64,000 bases of DNA, taken from the NCBI GenBank assembly GCA_000388065.2, contig KB932202.1. The stretch is one strand, 5' to 3'. Position numbers and translations under genes: made by a program. Position 1 is the stretch's first letter. Every line of letters starts with the position of its first letter. Below are positions 36,286-46,803 of the stretch, in pieces. A model generated the notes under the pieces. That model had not been told where the DNA came from, did not search any database, and saw nothing but the letters and a program-made list of their open reading frames with translations. Source of the DNA: Fonticula alba ATCC 38817. Its lineage: Eukaryota; Protista; Nucleariida.

Positions 36286-37435
36286 GGGGGGGGGAGGGAG
36301 AGAAGGCCAAGGGGAGGAGGAAGAAAAGAGATGGGTGCTTGGTTGCCAGCGCGTCAGGTGCTTTTGTGTGATCATCTACCAGCGCGCGCCAGGACTCCGA
36401 CGGAGGGGAGGGCGGACCACAAAAAAGGCCCGCGGGAGAAGAGACCGGGCAGCCCTCGATCCAGTGCGAGGAGTGGGCAGCCCCCCGAGGGCGTCTTCCA
36501 TTCTCCTGCGGCCTGTGTGTCAGCAGCATGGTGGCCGTGGCTGGCGCTGCGCGCGGGCACCCTCGTGGCTTCCCCCGCGCCGGACATTGCCAAGCGAAGC
36601 CACCAGCCGGCCCGCAGCCACGGTCTCCTCTAGCCCGCCAAGTAGGCCCGAGCAACTGCCAAAGGGTTGCTCCGGGTATCGGGCTGGGCAGGGAAAGGAG
36701 GGTGTGGGTGTGTGGAGACCTTGGCCGCTGGCCGGTGGATGGGCATCGGGACGGGGGTATGCACGTGCATGTGCGCGCGCGCGCGCGCGCGTGCGCAGAC
36801 GGCCAGGCAAGCGCACAACCGGCAGTCCGCCGCCCCTCCTGGAGTACATGGCCAAAAGCTGGCTCAGACCTTTTACTGTGGACATCATGTGCGCGTGCAT
36901 GGGCCGAGAGGAAGAGGGAGATCGGAGGAGCGTCGTGTAGGGAAAGCGCACAACCGGCAGTCCGCCGCCCCTCCTGGAGTACATGGCCAAAAGCTGGCTC
37001 AGACCTTTTACTGTGGACATCATGTGCGCGTGCATGGGCCGAGAGGAAGAGGGGGGGGGGGGGGNNNNNNNNNNNNNNNNNNNNNNNNNNNNNNNNNNNN
37101 NNNNNNNNNNNNNNNNNNNNNNNNNNNNNNNNNNNNNNNNNNNNNNNNNNNNNNNNNNNNNNNNNNNNNNNNNNNNNNNNNNNNNNNNNNNNNNNNNNNN
37201 NNNNNNNNNNNNNNNNNNNNNNNNNNNNNNNNNNNNNNNNNNGGAGGCGGCGGGAAGGGGGGACGCACCACTGGGGCCACGATTCGTTCTCGGGCGCGGA
37301 ATAGACCCCGGCATAGGCCAGCTCACGGAGGGACTCCTTGGAGGCGTGCGGGTTGTTCGATGCCGCGACCTCGCGAGTCTCGGGCGGCAGCAGGTCCTCG
37401 GGGTACAAGTTGCTGTTGGCACCGGATTCAGCCAT
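35181..37435 (-). CDS. Class I SAM-dependent methyltransferase. Exons 37435-37267, 36148-~36020, ~35905-35766, ~35610-35181
   Basis: Motif I VLDVGVGT, motif II IKGVDIDADYI, FDAVYFSGSFMLLPDPSAAL and LKEGGLLYF. Exon 1 joins exon 2 in phase (PQW|FDRW). Confidence 0.85.
36809..37053. repeat. 110-bp direct duplication (36809-36918 and 36944-37053) separated by the adapter; likely artefact
   Basis: Identical copies from AAGCGCACAACC to GAGGAAGAGGG, directly before an N gap. Confidence 0.9.
36919..36946 (+). other. Illumina adapter remnant (assembly contamination)
   Basis: AGATCGGAGGAGCGTCGTGTAGGGAAAG matches the TruSeq read-through adapter AGATCGGAAGAGCGTCGTGTAGGGAAAG at 27 of 28 positions. Confidence 0.93.
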
Positions 37436-38901
37436 AGCGAGAAGGGGCGAGGGAAGGGGCTGACAAAAGGGAGGGAGGAGGGGAACCCACGAGTCGGGAG
37501 TGAGGGGGTGGTGGGGTGGGGGAGAGGGGGGGGGGGGAGTCATTGATTGCTGGGATGCCGTCTCGACCCATCGGCCCGCCTGCCTAGATACCTGGCCCCC
37601 GGGGGCGAAAGACAGCTCGGGCGGGAAAGGGGGCCCGGCTCGTCCACACAACAAGGTGGAGGGGGGGGGGGGTCAGGGTCCGGGTGAGCGGGTGCACGGT
37701 CCGGGAATCGGGTCACTTGGCGCCGGGGGCGCGGGGGCTGGGGGGAAGACGGGGGCTGGCCAGTCAACCCCAGCTACTGGCATGTCCAGCCTGTCCCACG
37801 CGCGCCCTCCTCGCTCGCGTGCTTCTCGGCAAGGGCCAGCTCCCGAACGTGCGCGCACATGAGTCGGGGCATATCCCACACACATTCACGCACGCACGAA
37901 CACCCACGGGGAGATGCCCCACGGCGCACCTCCCCCCCCCCTCCCCCCCCTCCGGGAGCCAACAAGGCCNNNNNNNNNNNNNNNNNNNNNNNNNNNNNNN
38001 NNNNNNNNNNNNNNNNNNNNNNNNNNNNNNNNNNNNNNNNNNNNNNNNNNNNNNNNNNNNNNNNNNNNNNNNNNNNNNNNNNNNNNNNNNNNNNNNNNNN
38101 NNNNNCCGGCGGGCTGTGGGGCGGGGGGGGGGGGCATCTTCCCGGTGTGTCGCTCCTCCCGGAGGCCGCGGCGCAAGGCGCACCCTGTCCTGGAGAAGTA
38201 TGTTGCGGTGCGCGCGCCGATGCCGAGAGACGGCCCGAGCAACCAGCACGGATGGGCCCCTGTGAAACAGAGCCCCCTGGCAGCGCGCCTTCTGACAACC
38301 GAGATTTTCATGCTGTCGGCGTGAACGCGACGCCCTGCTCCGCGGCGCACATTGCTGCCAGGCCGGCCGGCCCGGCCCATAGCCCGCCCTTTTCCAGCTC
38401 CCACAAGTGCCCCCCACAACACCGGCCCTCCAGTGGCCACGGGAGATTGCCACAGACCGCGGTGCTCAGCCGGCCGCATCCGTATCTCCAGAACAGGCGC
38501 GTGGGTAGTGCCAGCGCATCCACATCGTTGGGAGATGATCGGAACCCTTCGGCCGCGCCCCACACCAACGCCCGGGGGGGGGGGGGGGCCCCACACGAAA
38601 GGGGGCAAACGCGGACAGGCAGGAGGGAGACAGGGAGGGGGCACCGCAGAGGGTGGGCGCTAGACCCCCTTCCCCCCCCCCCCCCCCCCCCCCAGCGCGC
38701 ATCACCGCACATCGCCGCCGATAAGTGCAAATCAGCCCAGACCCGGCACGCCTTGACACAGATCAGGGCATATCACAGCGCCGGCTGCCGTGGTCTGGCG
38801 CAAATCGGCGCCCGCCAGCGCGCACGCATCGGTGCCCGGTGCCCTATGTGCGTGTGTGCGTGCGTGGGCGGGTGTGGACGCGGCCGGAGCCGGCGGCGGC
38901 G

Positions 38902-38960
<59 letters not shown>

Positions 38961-38998
38961 GGTACTCTTCTATTGCTTGTCACATGGCCGGGGAGCTA

Positions 38999-39394
38999 CT
39001 ACAGCTCAAGGTCTTCGTCGGGCTCGTCCTCGTCAAAGTCATCTCCCTCGTCGTAGACATACTCGATGAGTCCCGTCGGCCCGGGCGCCCAGGGAACCTG
39101 CACACCGAACAGCCAGTCGGCCGGCGGAAGAGCCGGCAGAGTGCCGGCCGCAGGAGCGGAAGTGGCACCTGTGCCGGCGATTGTGGCCCCGGACCCGGCC
39201 GTGGGCGATCCATAAAAGAGGCTGTCCGTTTGGGCCCGGGTGAAGGGCAACTCGACATCGGCCCGGGCTCGACGTTCGGCCTCCGACAGGCCGAGACTGA
39301 AGGACACCCCGGCCAGACCGGCTGCCAAGCCGGCGTCCGGCTCCAAGGCCAGGGGCACGGCACTCGCGCCGGCAGCTGGCTCCGGCTGGAGGGG

Positions 39395-39431
<37 letters not shown>

Positions 39432-40513
39432 GCTGGCGCCGGCGGCCGCGAGGCAGCTGCCTGCGCTGGCGCCGGCGGCCGCGAGGCAGCTGCCTGCGCT
39501 GCCGGGGCCGGGTTCCGGGATGGGGGGGCAAGGGCGGCAAAGTCGCATGCGACGAGCGGCCGCCGGGTCAGGCCGACCGCGGCGCCAGGCCCCGGGTCCA
39601 GGAAGAGCGTTTCCACCAGGCACCACTGGCTGGCGGATCGGCCACCGCGACGGCTGAGCGTCAGCACCAGCTGGCATGCATGTCGCGCGCGCACGCGCAG
39701 GGCCGTGTTTGCCCACTTGCCTGCCGGTGCCCCGGCCTGCGGGCAGCCTGGGCCCGAGGAGGCCGTGTAGGCCAGCAGCCGGGCGGCTCGGGCCGCTGGG
39801 CCATCGGCCCCGAGGAAGGGCCCGGCGTCGGCCGGCACCGGCTCCGGGGCCTCCAGCCCGGGAATGGTGCTGGCAATGTGGCGGCCCTGGCCAGGGATGG
39901 GACCATCCTCGGCGGTCAGCCGGAAGACCGCGGCCGCGGGACGCTCCAGCGCCGCCAGGAGATATGGCCGGAAGAGATCGGCCGGCAGGGACACCAGCGA
40001 CCACACTTCGACGCTGTCTGGGCCAAAGTGCCCGGCCGCCGCGATCTCCAGGGCTCGGGAGACCTCCGACAGCAGCCGCCCCGGGGCGAAAGCCGGCACA
40101 TGGTGCGGCTGGGCCCGATCGCCGCGCAGGACCAGCGGCGAGATGTCCTCCAGGAAGAAGAGCACCCGTCGGCGCCACCGCCGAGCCGGCCCCTCGGAGA
40201 TGCCGGAGGGCCCGGCCCGGGAGAGGGCCTCCCCCGCGGCGATGGTCAGCTCGGCCGGATCTTCGACCTCCGGGCATCGGAGCCGGAGGAAGACCGGGTC
40301 ATCGGGGCTCGAGGGGCGCAGGGCGATCGGCAGGGTCAGTCGCGCGTAGAGCATCGGCCCGGCCGGCGCGGCCAGTGTGTCGGCCAGCAGCACGGTTCTC
40401 CCGGGCAGCGACGATAGGAGGGAGCATTCGGCCGTAGGCCGGGCAGAGGCCAGCTCACCAAGGAGCCCCGGGGCCAGGAGCTCGAACCGGTGCCCGGCGA
40501 CAGCGGCAGACAT
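38999..40513 (-). CDS. ELP5: Elongator complex protein 5 (ELP5/Iki1-like), apparently single exon
   Basis: C-terminal ELP5 signature SFSLGLSEAERRARADVELPF...IEYVYDEGDDFDEDEPDEDLEL*. The N-terminal part is divergent and the ATG at 40513 is tentative. Confidence 0.78.
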
Positions 40514-41989
40514 CGGGGGGGAGGCGGAGCGGCGGGACAGCGACACAGGGCACCGGGCTGGAGGCGAGCGCGGGAGGGGGCCGGCAGAGGAGGAGGCGAA
40601 AGGGACAACGAGGCGTGAAAGGCAAGGGGGCGAGGGGTGCCGGGGGCGTGGGGCCGGCCCCGGGCGCGCGGCCCGCAGGGCGCCGGCATCTGAGCCGGGC
40701 CGGGCCGACTGAGCGTGGGTACTTTCCGGGGGTCACGTTGCAATCACGCATTTTCGGGAATCACCCAAAAAGCGTCGCAGTCGCCCCCCTCTCTCCTCCC
40801 CCCCCCCCCCCGGGGTCACCCGGAGAGGAGGCGGGCGTGGGACGCGCGCGGGTGGGCCCGTACGCTTCACTGGTTGGCGGGTGCGAGGCGGCCATAGAGG
40901 GAGACCGGCCGGGGAAGCACCGGGGCGGACGGTGATGAACAGGGCCCCGACGCGGGCAGGGGCGGAGAGACCTGTTGGGAGCGCGTATGGCAGATAATGC
41001 CGAAGCGATATAGGCCCGCCAGGGCGTCGGGAAATGTGGCCTTGATTTATTTCTTCGTCATACTGTGGCGCCCACGCCCAGGCGCTTGCCGCTGGCTGGC
41101 GCACTCCCAGCACTTTGGTCCTGGAGGCTGCTCTTGGCCTTCTCGCCCGGGGCTGGGGCCTCTCTGGTGGGGCTATCTTTCTGCTTTTATCGGCCCCCCA
41201 GTGCGTGGACCAAAAAACAGCCCACCATACGCAGGGGCCCTCTCGGCCGGCCGGCCGGCCCGGCGGGCTGGCAATAATGTTCCCCCACGCGCGGCACATG
41301 CACCAGCCAAGGGCTGCCCGCCGCCCTGAATGCCGCGGGTAAAGGGCGGGGGGGGGGGGCGGGACGAACAGACAGGCGAGGGGGGAGGGGGGACAAAAAG
41401 AAGGAAAAGACAAGAGAGGCGGAAGAGGGCCGGGAGGCCGCGGGCGGCCCGCCCCGCCCGCCGGGGTGCGGAGGGGGTGGGGCGCCCGGGCGGGGGGGGG
41501 GGGGCGGCATACGGGGCGGGCGGGGGGGGGGGGGGGGGGGGGGCATTGGCCGCCGGAGGGAGACGCCGACCGAGCCGAGCCGAGCCGAGCCGGGCCGCCC
41601 GATGCGCCGGACTGCCGGCCCCGCCCGGGATGGTTGGCGTGCGCCTTTTTTTGTGGACGCCCTCTGGCCTCCGGGGCGCCTCGCGCACCCGGGGCGGCAA
41701 TCAGCTCCTTACTCTCCGGGCCGGGCTTTCCCCCTCCCCCTCTTTCTCCGGCTCACCGCGCGCCCCCTCCCCCCTCTCTCCCCCCTCCCCCCTGCCTCCT
41801 TCCCGCCGTCCACTCGCCGCTCGCGCCCCTCCCGGTCGGTCACCACCAGCGTAAAGCGCGTCCGGACGCCGGGACATTCGCACACTCCCCCTTCGCCATT
41901 GGCGAGCCTGAGCGCGCTCCCGCCTCCTTTCTGCTTCCCCCCCCCCCCCCCCCCCGTCCTCGCCCCCTTCCTGCCCCCCTGCTCCCAAG

Positions 41990-43010
41990 ATGCGGTTTGC
42001 TCCCTTGCGCGTGCCGCTCAAGCGGCGCATGGAGACGCTGGTCCTTTTCTTTTGGACGACACAAATGTTCTGGGCCTCGGTGCTGCTGGCGGTCATCGCC
42101 TTTACACCGCCTCTCTGGCCCATTGCCCTGATTTACTTCGTGTGGATGTGGAACGACAAGGCCCCGTGGAATGGTGGCCGTCCATTCCGCTGGCTGCGCG
42201 CTCACTGGGTACATATGCCATCTTCCCCTTCGCCCAGCCCCCCCCCCCTCCTCCCCTCCCTTTCGCCCTCTCGCCTGGTATCCCCCAGGACACCAAGCAA
42301 AGGGGTCGCCCCGTGCGAGGCTCCGACGCGCTCTCTCTCTCTCTCTCTCTCTCTCGGGGGTGCTCCGCCGCCCCGCTCTCCCCGACGCATGGCCTCCTTC
42401 TCACCGCCCTGTGCCACCTGGCTGTCTCTAGATCTGGGGCCACTTCCGCGACTACTTCCCGGTGACCATTGTCCGCGCATCGCCGGCCCCCTTCGACACC
42501 ACGCGCAAGTATCTCTTCGCCTACCACCCCCATGGCGTGATTAGCTTCGGCGCCTTTGCCACCTTCGCCTGTGCGTATCACGGCTTCGATCGGCTGTTCC
42601 CCGGCCTGGCGCTGCGCCTGTGCACGCTGAACAGCAACTTTTGGTTCCCCTTCCTTCGGGACTTCATGCTGTCCATGGGCCTGATCAGGTACTGGCTCCT
42701 CCCCGGCGCGCCCCGGCACGCCCTCGCACGCATGCATCTCCCGGCGCTCGGCCGGCTTGCCATCTTGCCACTGGCTGACCCATGACATCGGGGGGGGTTA
42801 CTCCCTGCCCCCTCTCCCGCGCCCGGCCGGCCGGCCGGCAGTGCCGATCGCCGATCCATCCAACGCTCGTTCGACATCGGCGGCCCGGGATCCTGTGTGG
42901 CCCTGGTGGTCGGCGGTGCGGAGGAGGCCCTCGACGCCCGGCCCGGGACCATTGACCTGACCCTGGCCCGCCGGCGTGGCTTCGTTCGCATGGCCCTGCG
43001 CACTGGGTAC

Positions 43011-43050
<40 letters not shown>

Positions 43051-44237
43051 CATGCGCCGCTTTTGGGGGGCTGCTCGGGCCTTCGCCGCCGCCGCCGCGG
43101 CCAGCCGTGCGACGAAGCGGGCACGTGGGCCACTCGCGCCGGGCATCAGCCACTGACCTCTGCATCCTTTCGCGGACTTGCTGCCGCTGCTGTCGCCCCT
43201 CCTCCCATCCCCTGGCCCGATGCAGGTCCTGGCTCGTCCCTGTCATTGCCTTCGGCGAGAACGACGTATACAACCAGCTGGTGGCCAACCCCCCCGGGTC
43301 CCGGGCCCGCGCGGCTCAGTCATGGTTCAAGAAGATCTTCGGCTTTTCGACCCCGCTCTTTTCCGGGCGCGGGGTGTTCAACTATGACTTCGGCCTGCTG
43401 CCCCTGCGTAAGCCGATTGTCGTGGTCATCGGCGATCCGATCCCCCCGCCGGGGTATTCGCCGGCCATCCCGCGCCTGCTGCCCTTGGATTTGGATGCCG
43501 CGGTGGCGGGCATCACGGCGGCCGATGACTCGGCCACCGAGGAGCACGACCCTCGCCCGGTCAAGCCGAGCACCGGGCCGGGGCCGGACCTGGCGGCCGC
43601 CCCGTCGGTGGCCAGCCTTTCGCAGTGTGACACGGCGGCCTGCTCGCCGACGGAGGTCCCGGCGCAGTTGCCGGAGTCCCCCGCCGCCGAGGCACGGCCG
43701 GCGTCGCCCCCGCCGGCCCCGGTGCCCGGCAAGATGCGCGGCAAGGCCGGGCGCCGGGGTCGCCCGGCTCCCGGGCAGAACAAGTCCGACTCGGACCTCA
43801 GCCTGGCCTCGGTGTCGTCGCTGCCGCCGGGGGCAGGCTCGCCGGAGCGGCCCCGGTCGCCGGGCTCGCCCGAACGGCCCCGGTCGCCGGCCCCGGTCGC
43901 GGCGGCCAGCCCCGAGCCTCCCCCGGCGGAGGAAGCCTCCCGGTCCGCCGCCGAGGCCACCACCACCATCATGGCGTCCGGCGCCCAGGCCGTGTCGACG
44001 GCCGTGGCGTCGGTGCGTACGGCTCGCCGCCGCCGGCAGGCCGGGTCCTCATCCTCGCAGGGGGGCGCCTCCGAGGCGGGTGGCGCGGCCTCCCGGACCG
44101 GCGGCAGCAGCGGCCCCTCAGATCTGCTCATCCAGCAGTACCATGTCCTGTATTGCGAGAAGCTGCTCGAGCTCTACGATCAGTACAAGGACATCTATGC
44201 GCCGAATCGGTCGCTGGACATGCGCATTGTCCGCTAA
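41990..44237 (+). CDS. DGAT2: Diacylglycerol O-acyltransferase 2 (DGAT2/MOGAT family). Exons 41990-42208, 42431-42688, 42841-43006, 43226-44237
   Basis: PLRVPLKRRMET, FRDYFP, YLFAYHPHGVI, VVGGAEEAL, RRGFVRMALRTG, LVPVIAFGENDVY, GRGVFNYDFGLLP.RKPIVVVIGDPI and IQQYHVLYCEKL. All introns are phase-consistent. Confidence 0.95.
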
Positions 44238-44792
44238 AAGACGCGCTCATAGACACAGGTAGCTAGGCAAGGGGAAGGCCGACAGCGAGAAGTCACGGAA
44301 GGCTTGTGCCGTGCGCCGATGCGTGCGGCGCGAAGCCCGGTGGCCGAGGCGAGGCGTGCATATGCGCTCAGGTGTGCTGCCCGGTGGGGATGCGCCGCGC
44401 ACCGGCCGGCCCATGCCCACCATGCCCCCGCACCTCGCGGCAATGCCTGTGCCGCTCCTCGTCTGCCGCTCGTGTGCCACCAAAAAGACAATCTCCCAAA
44501 CACCATCCCTCCTTTTTTGGGTGTCTGGCGGGGGGAGAGGGGGTGTACTCGGGGATCGGCGCTGGCGGTTGGCCCTTTGCTGGCGGCTTCGCCCCCTCGC
44601 CCCTTGGGGAGGAGAGCACCGAGAGGTGTGACCTTGGCATGCGGGTGCGTGCAGCAGGCCCTTCTCCCTCTCGCGCCTCTTCCCCAAGAGGCGTGCCGCG
44701 CCCCAAGAACCGCATCCCCCCGTTCGGCCGATCGCCGGCGCGTGGGGTGGGTGTCGTCGGGACACATGCCCGCTCGGGGAGGGCGGGGCAGC

Positions 44793-44796
44793 AAAA
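44793..44796 (-). terminator. Pol III terminator (T4) of the minus-strand tRNA
   Basis: The minus strand reads TATTTCCTTTT after the discriminator base. Confidence 0.6.
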
Positions 44797-44803
44797 GGAA
44801 ATA

Positions 44804-44885
44804 CACCGGCGACAGGATTTGAACCTGTGCGGGCAGAGCCCATCTGATTTCGAGTCAGACTCCTTAACCACTCGGACACACCGGT
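44804..44885 (-). tRNA. tRNA-Ser (anticodon CGA), 82 nt, no intron
   Basis: ACCGGTG/CGCCGGT acceptor stem, TCCG-AGTGGTTAA-GGA D arm, TCTGA-CTCGAAA-TCAGA anticodon arm, GGGC-TCT-GCCC variable arm, ACAGG-TTCAAAT-CCTGT T arm, discriminator G. Confidence 0.97.
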
Positions 44886-44916
44886 CGGATGTTGGGATGC
44901 CGGCCGCGAGACGTCC

Positions 44917-44923
44917 ATTTATA
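44917..44923 (-). promoter_or_regulatory. TATA box upstream of the minus-strand tRNA-Ser
   Basis: TATAAAT on the minus strand at -38 to -32. Confidence 0.6.
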
Positions 44924-45000
44924 GGTTGCGCTTTTGGGCGGGCCGCTCCCCGCGAGGCGAGAGGTTCGCCAATCAAGGAATGGCGGACAATGGCCTCAAC

Positions 45001-45008
45001 TATAAATA
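45001..45008 (+). promoter_or_regulatory. TATA box upstream of the plus-strand tRNA-Ser
   Basis: TATAAATA at -42 to -35 in otherwise GC-rich DNA. Confidence 0.6.
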
Positions 45009-45042
45009 CCGAGATGTGGGGCATTCCCCACATGAGAAGTAA

Positions 45043-45124
45043 ACCGGTGTGTCCGAGTGGTTAAGGAGTCTGACTCGAAATCAGATGGGCTCTGCCCGCA
45101 CAGGTTCAAATCCTGTCGCCGGTG
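45043..45124 (+). tRNA. tRNA-Ser (anticodon CGA), identical to the minus-strand copy
   Basis: Same 82-nt cloverleaf, base for base. Confidence 0.97.
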
Positions 45125-45130
45125 CATTTC

Positions 45131-45135
45131 TTTTT
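45131..45135 (+). terminator. Pol III terminator (T5)
   Basis: TTTTT begins 7 nt after the tRNA discriminator base. Confidence 0.75.
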
Positions 45136-45710
45136 GGATGCCGATCCGCGGTTCTGCCTTCCCAGCTCGGCGCGCCCGCGCGCACGCCCACACCCCGGTT
45201 GTTTTGATTTACATTGCCGGCCGGTCTGGCGGCTCTACGGCGCTGAGCCGGGCGCATGCGCGAGCCGGGGGAGGGGGCGGCAGGGCCTTTTTTCCCCCCC
45301 CCCCCCCCCCCCCGCCTCGGGGGCGCCCCCTCCTGCTGGCACCGGGCGTGCGGCCGGCCGAGCGGGCAGGGGCATACCCCAACAGCAACCCCGGCGCTCG
45401 TCTCCCCCTCCCCCCCCCCCGGGAAGGGAACGGGCCCGGGGTAGCACGCCCGAACCGCGACCTCGGGCCGGTGTGTCCTGCCGAAGGGGGAGACCCCACA
45501 GGAAAACAGCGCGCAGGGGGGGGGGGGGGGGGCGTCGGCAGGAATTCCCCCCCCAAACAAGGGCCAAATTCCGTCGGCACTAGGAACTATTTGAGACCCC
45601 GCGGCCGGAGCCCGGCCGGAGAGTGTGACCGACAGCCAGCACCCTTCCCCCTCTGCCGCCTTCTCTCTTCGCTTTTTGTCGGTATTTCCTCCCCTCGCAA
45701 CAACGCCACA

Positions 45711-46803
45711 ATGAGCTCCCACACCAGCACCGCCCAGGTACATCCCCCCCCCCCTCCCTGCCCCCTGCTCCCGTCTCTTGCCGGCTGCCCGGCCACCTGG
45801 CCCCCGCGTGTCGCCCCGTCGCGCTCACCCCCCCCCCCTGCATGGCGGCCGGCCAGCCTGGAGGAATGCCNNNNNNNNNNNNNNNNNNNNNNNNNNNNNN
45901 NNNNNNNNNNNNNNNNNNNNNNNNNNNNNNNNNNNNNNNNNNNNNNNNNNNNNNNNNNNNNNNNNGGGGCGGGGGAGGGGGGGCGGGCGGGGGGCAGCCT
46001 GCCCCGCGCCGCCTTGCCGGGGCGTCCCTTTCTCCCCCCCCCCCCCCCCCCCTCCCCTTGCACGATCCCCGCGCCGCCCTCCCAGGTTGATACCTCCATC
46101 ACCGTCCCCTCCCTCCAGCTGAACTTCAGCGACCCCGAGGTTGTCGCCGCCCTGAAGGCCTTCGTCCATCCCCACTCCAAGTCCACCTGGTCCGTTGCCC
46201 GCCACATGCGCGTGCCTGCTGCTGCGTGGATTTTACAAGTCCCGAGCCTTACCCCCCCGCCCCCTTTCCCCGCGCCATCCATTCCCATTGCATACGCAGG
46301 ATTCTTCTCCAGTACTCCTCGGAGATCAACGCCCTGACCCTGGCCGGAACCGGCGAGGAGGAGGCCGGTGAGGAGGCCCTGCGTTCCCTGCGCGACGAGC
46401 TGAGCGACGCCCACGTCATGTACGGCTGCGTGCGCGTGTCCGTTGTCGGCGGTGGCGAGCGCAGCAAGACCGCCTTCGTGGTCTGGGTCCCGGCCGGTGT
46501 CCCGACCGTCATCAAGGGCATGGTCCACCACCACATCAAGTCCGTCAGCGAGTTCATGCGCGTACGTGCCTCCCTCCTGCTCCCTCCGCCCGCCCGCCCC
46601 GGCGGCCCTTCCTCCTGCATGGGTCCTCGTGCACTCACTGACCGATCGGTTGTGCCACCTCCATCACCGGCTGCCGACGCCATCGCCGCACATGCGCACC
46701 CGTGCAGCCGTACCACCTCCAGATCGACGCCCGCGAGACCAGCGATCTCGACTTCGAGACCGTGCACGATCGTTGCGAGCGCTCCGCCGGTGCCCGCTAC
46801 TAA
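45711..46803 (+). CDS. Coactosin-like ADF-H actin-binding protein. Exons 45711-45737, 46086-46189, 46280-46561, 46708-46803
   Basis: STWILLQY, LAGTG, LRDELSDAHVMYGCVRV, RSKTAFVVWVPAGVP, HIKSVSEFMRPYHLQIDARETSDLD. Phases are consistent. Stop TAA at 46801-46803. Confidence 0.88.

Noticed and set aside
41107-41127. TCCCAGCACTTTGG...GAGGCTG, an Alu/7SL-like 14-mer
   Set aside because: The match is short, with no flanking Alu structure and no SRP helix-8 motif. It is consistent with chance.
44804-45124. Terminal inverted repeats of a MITE or transposon
   Set aside because: The inverted repeat is exactly the tRNA body, with no target-site duplication or transposase.
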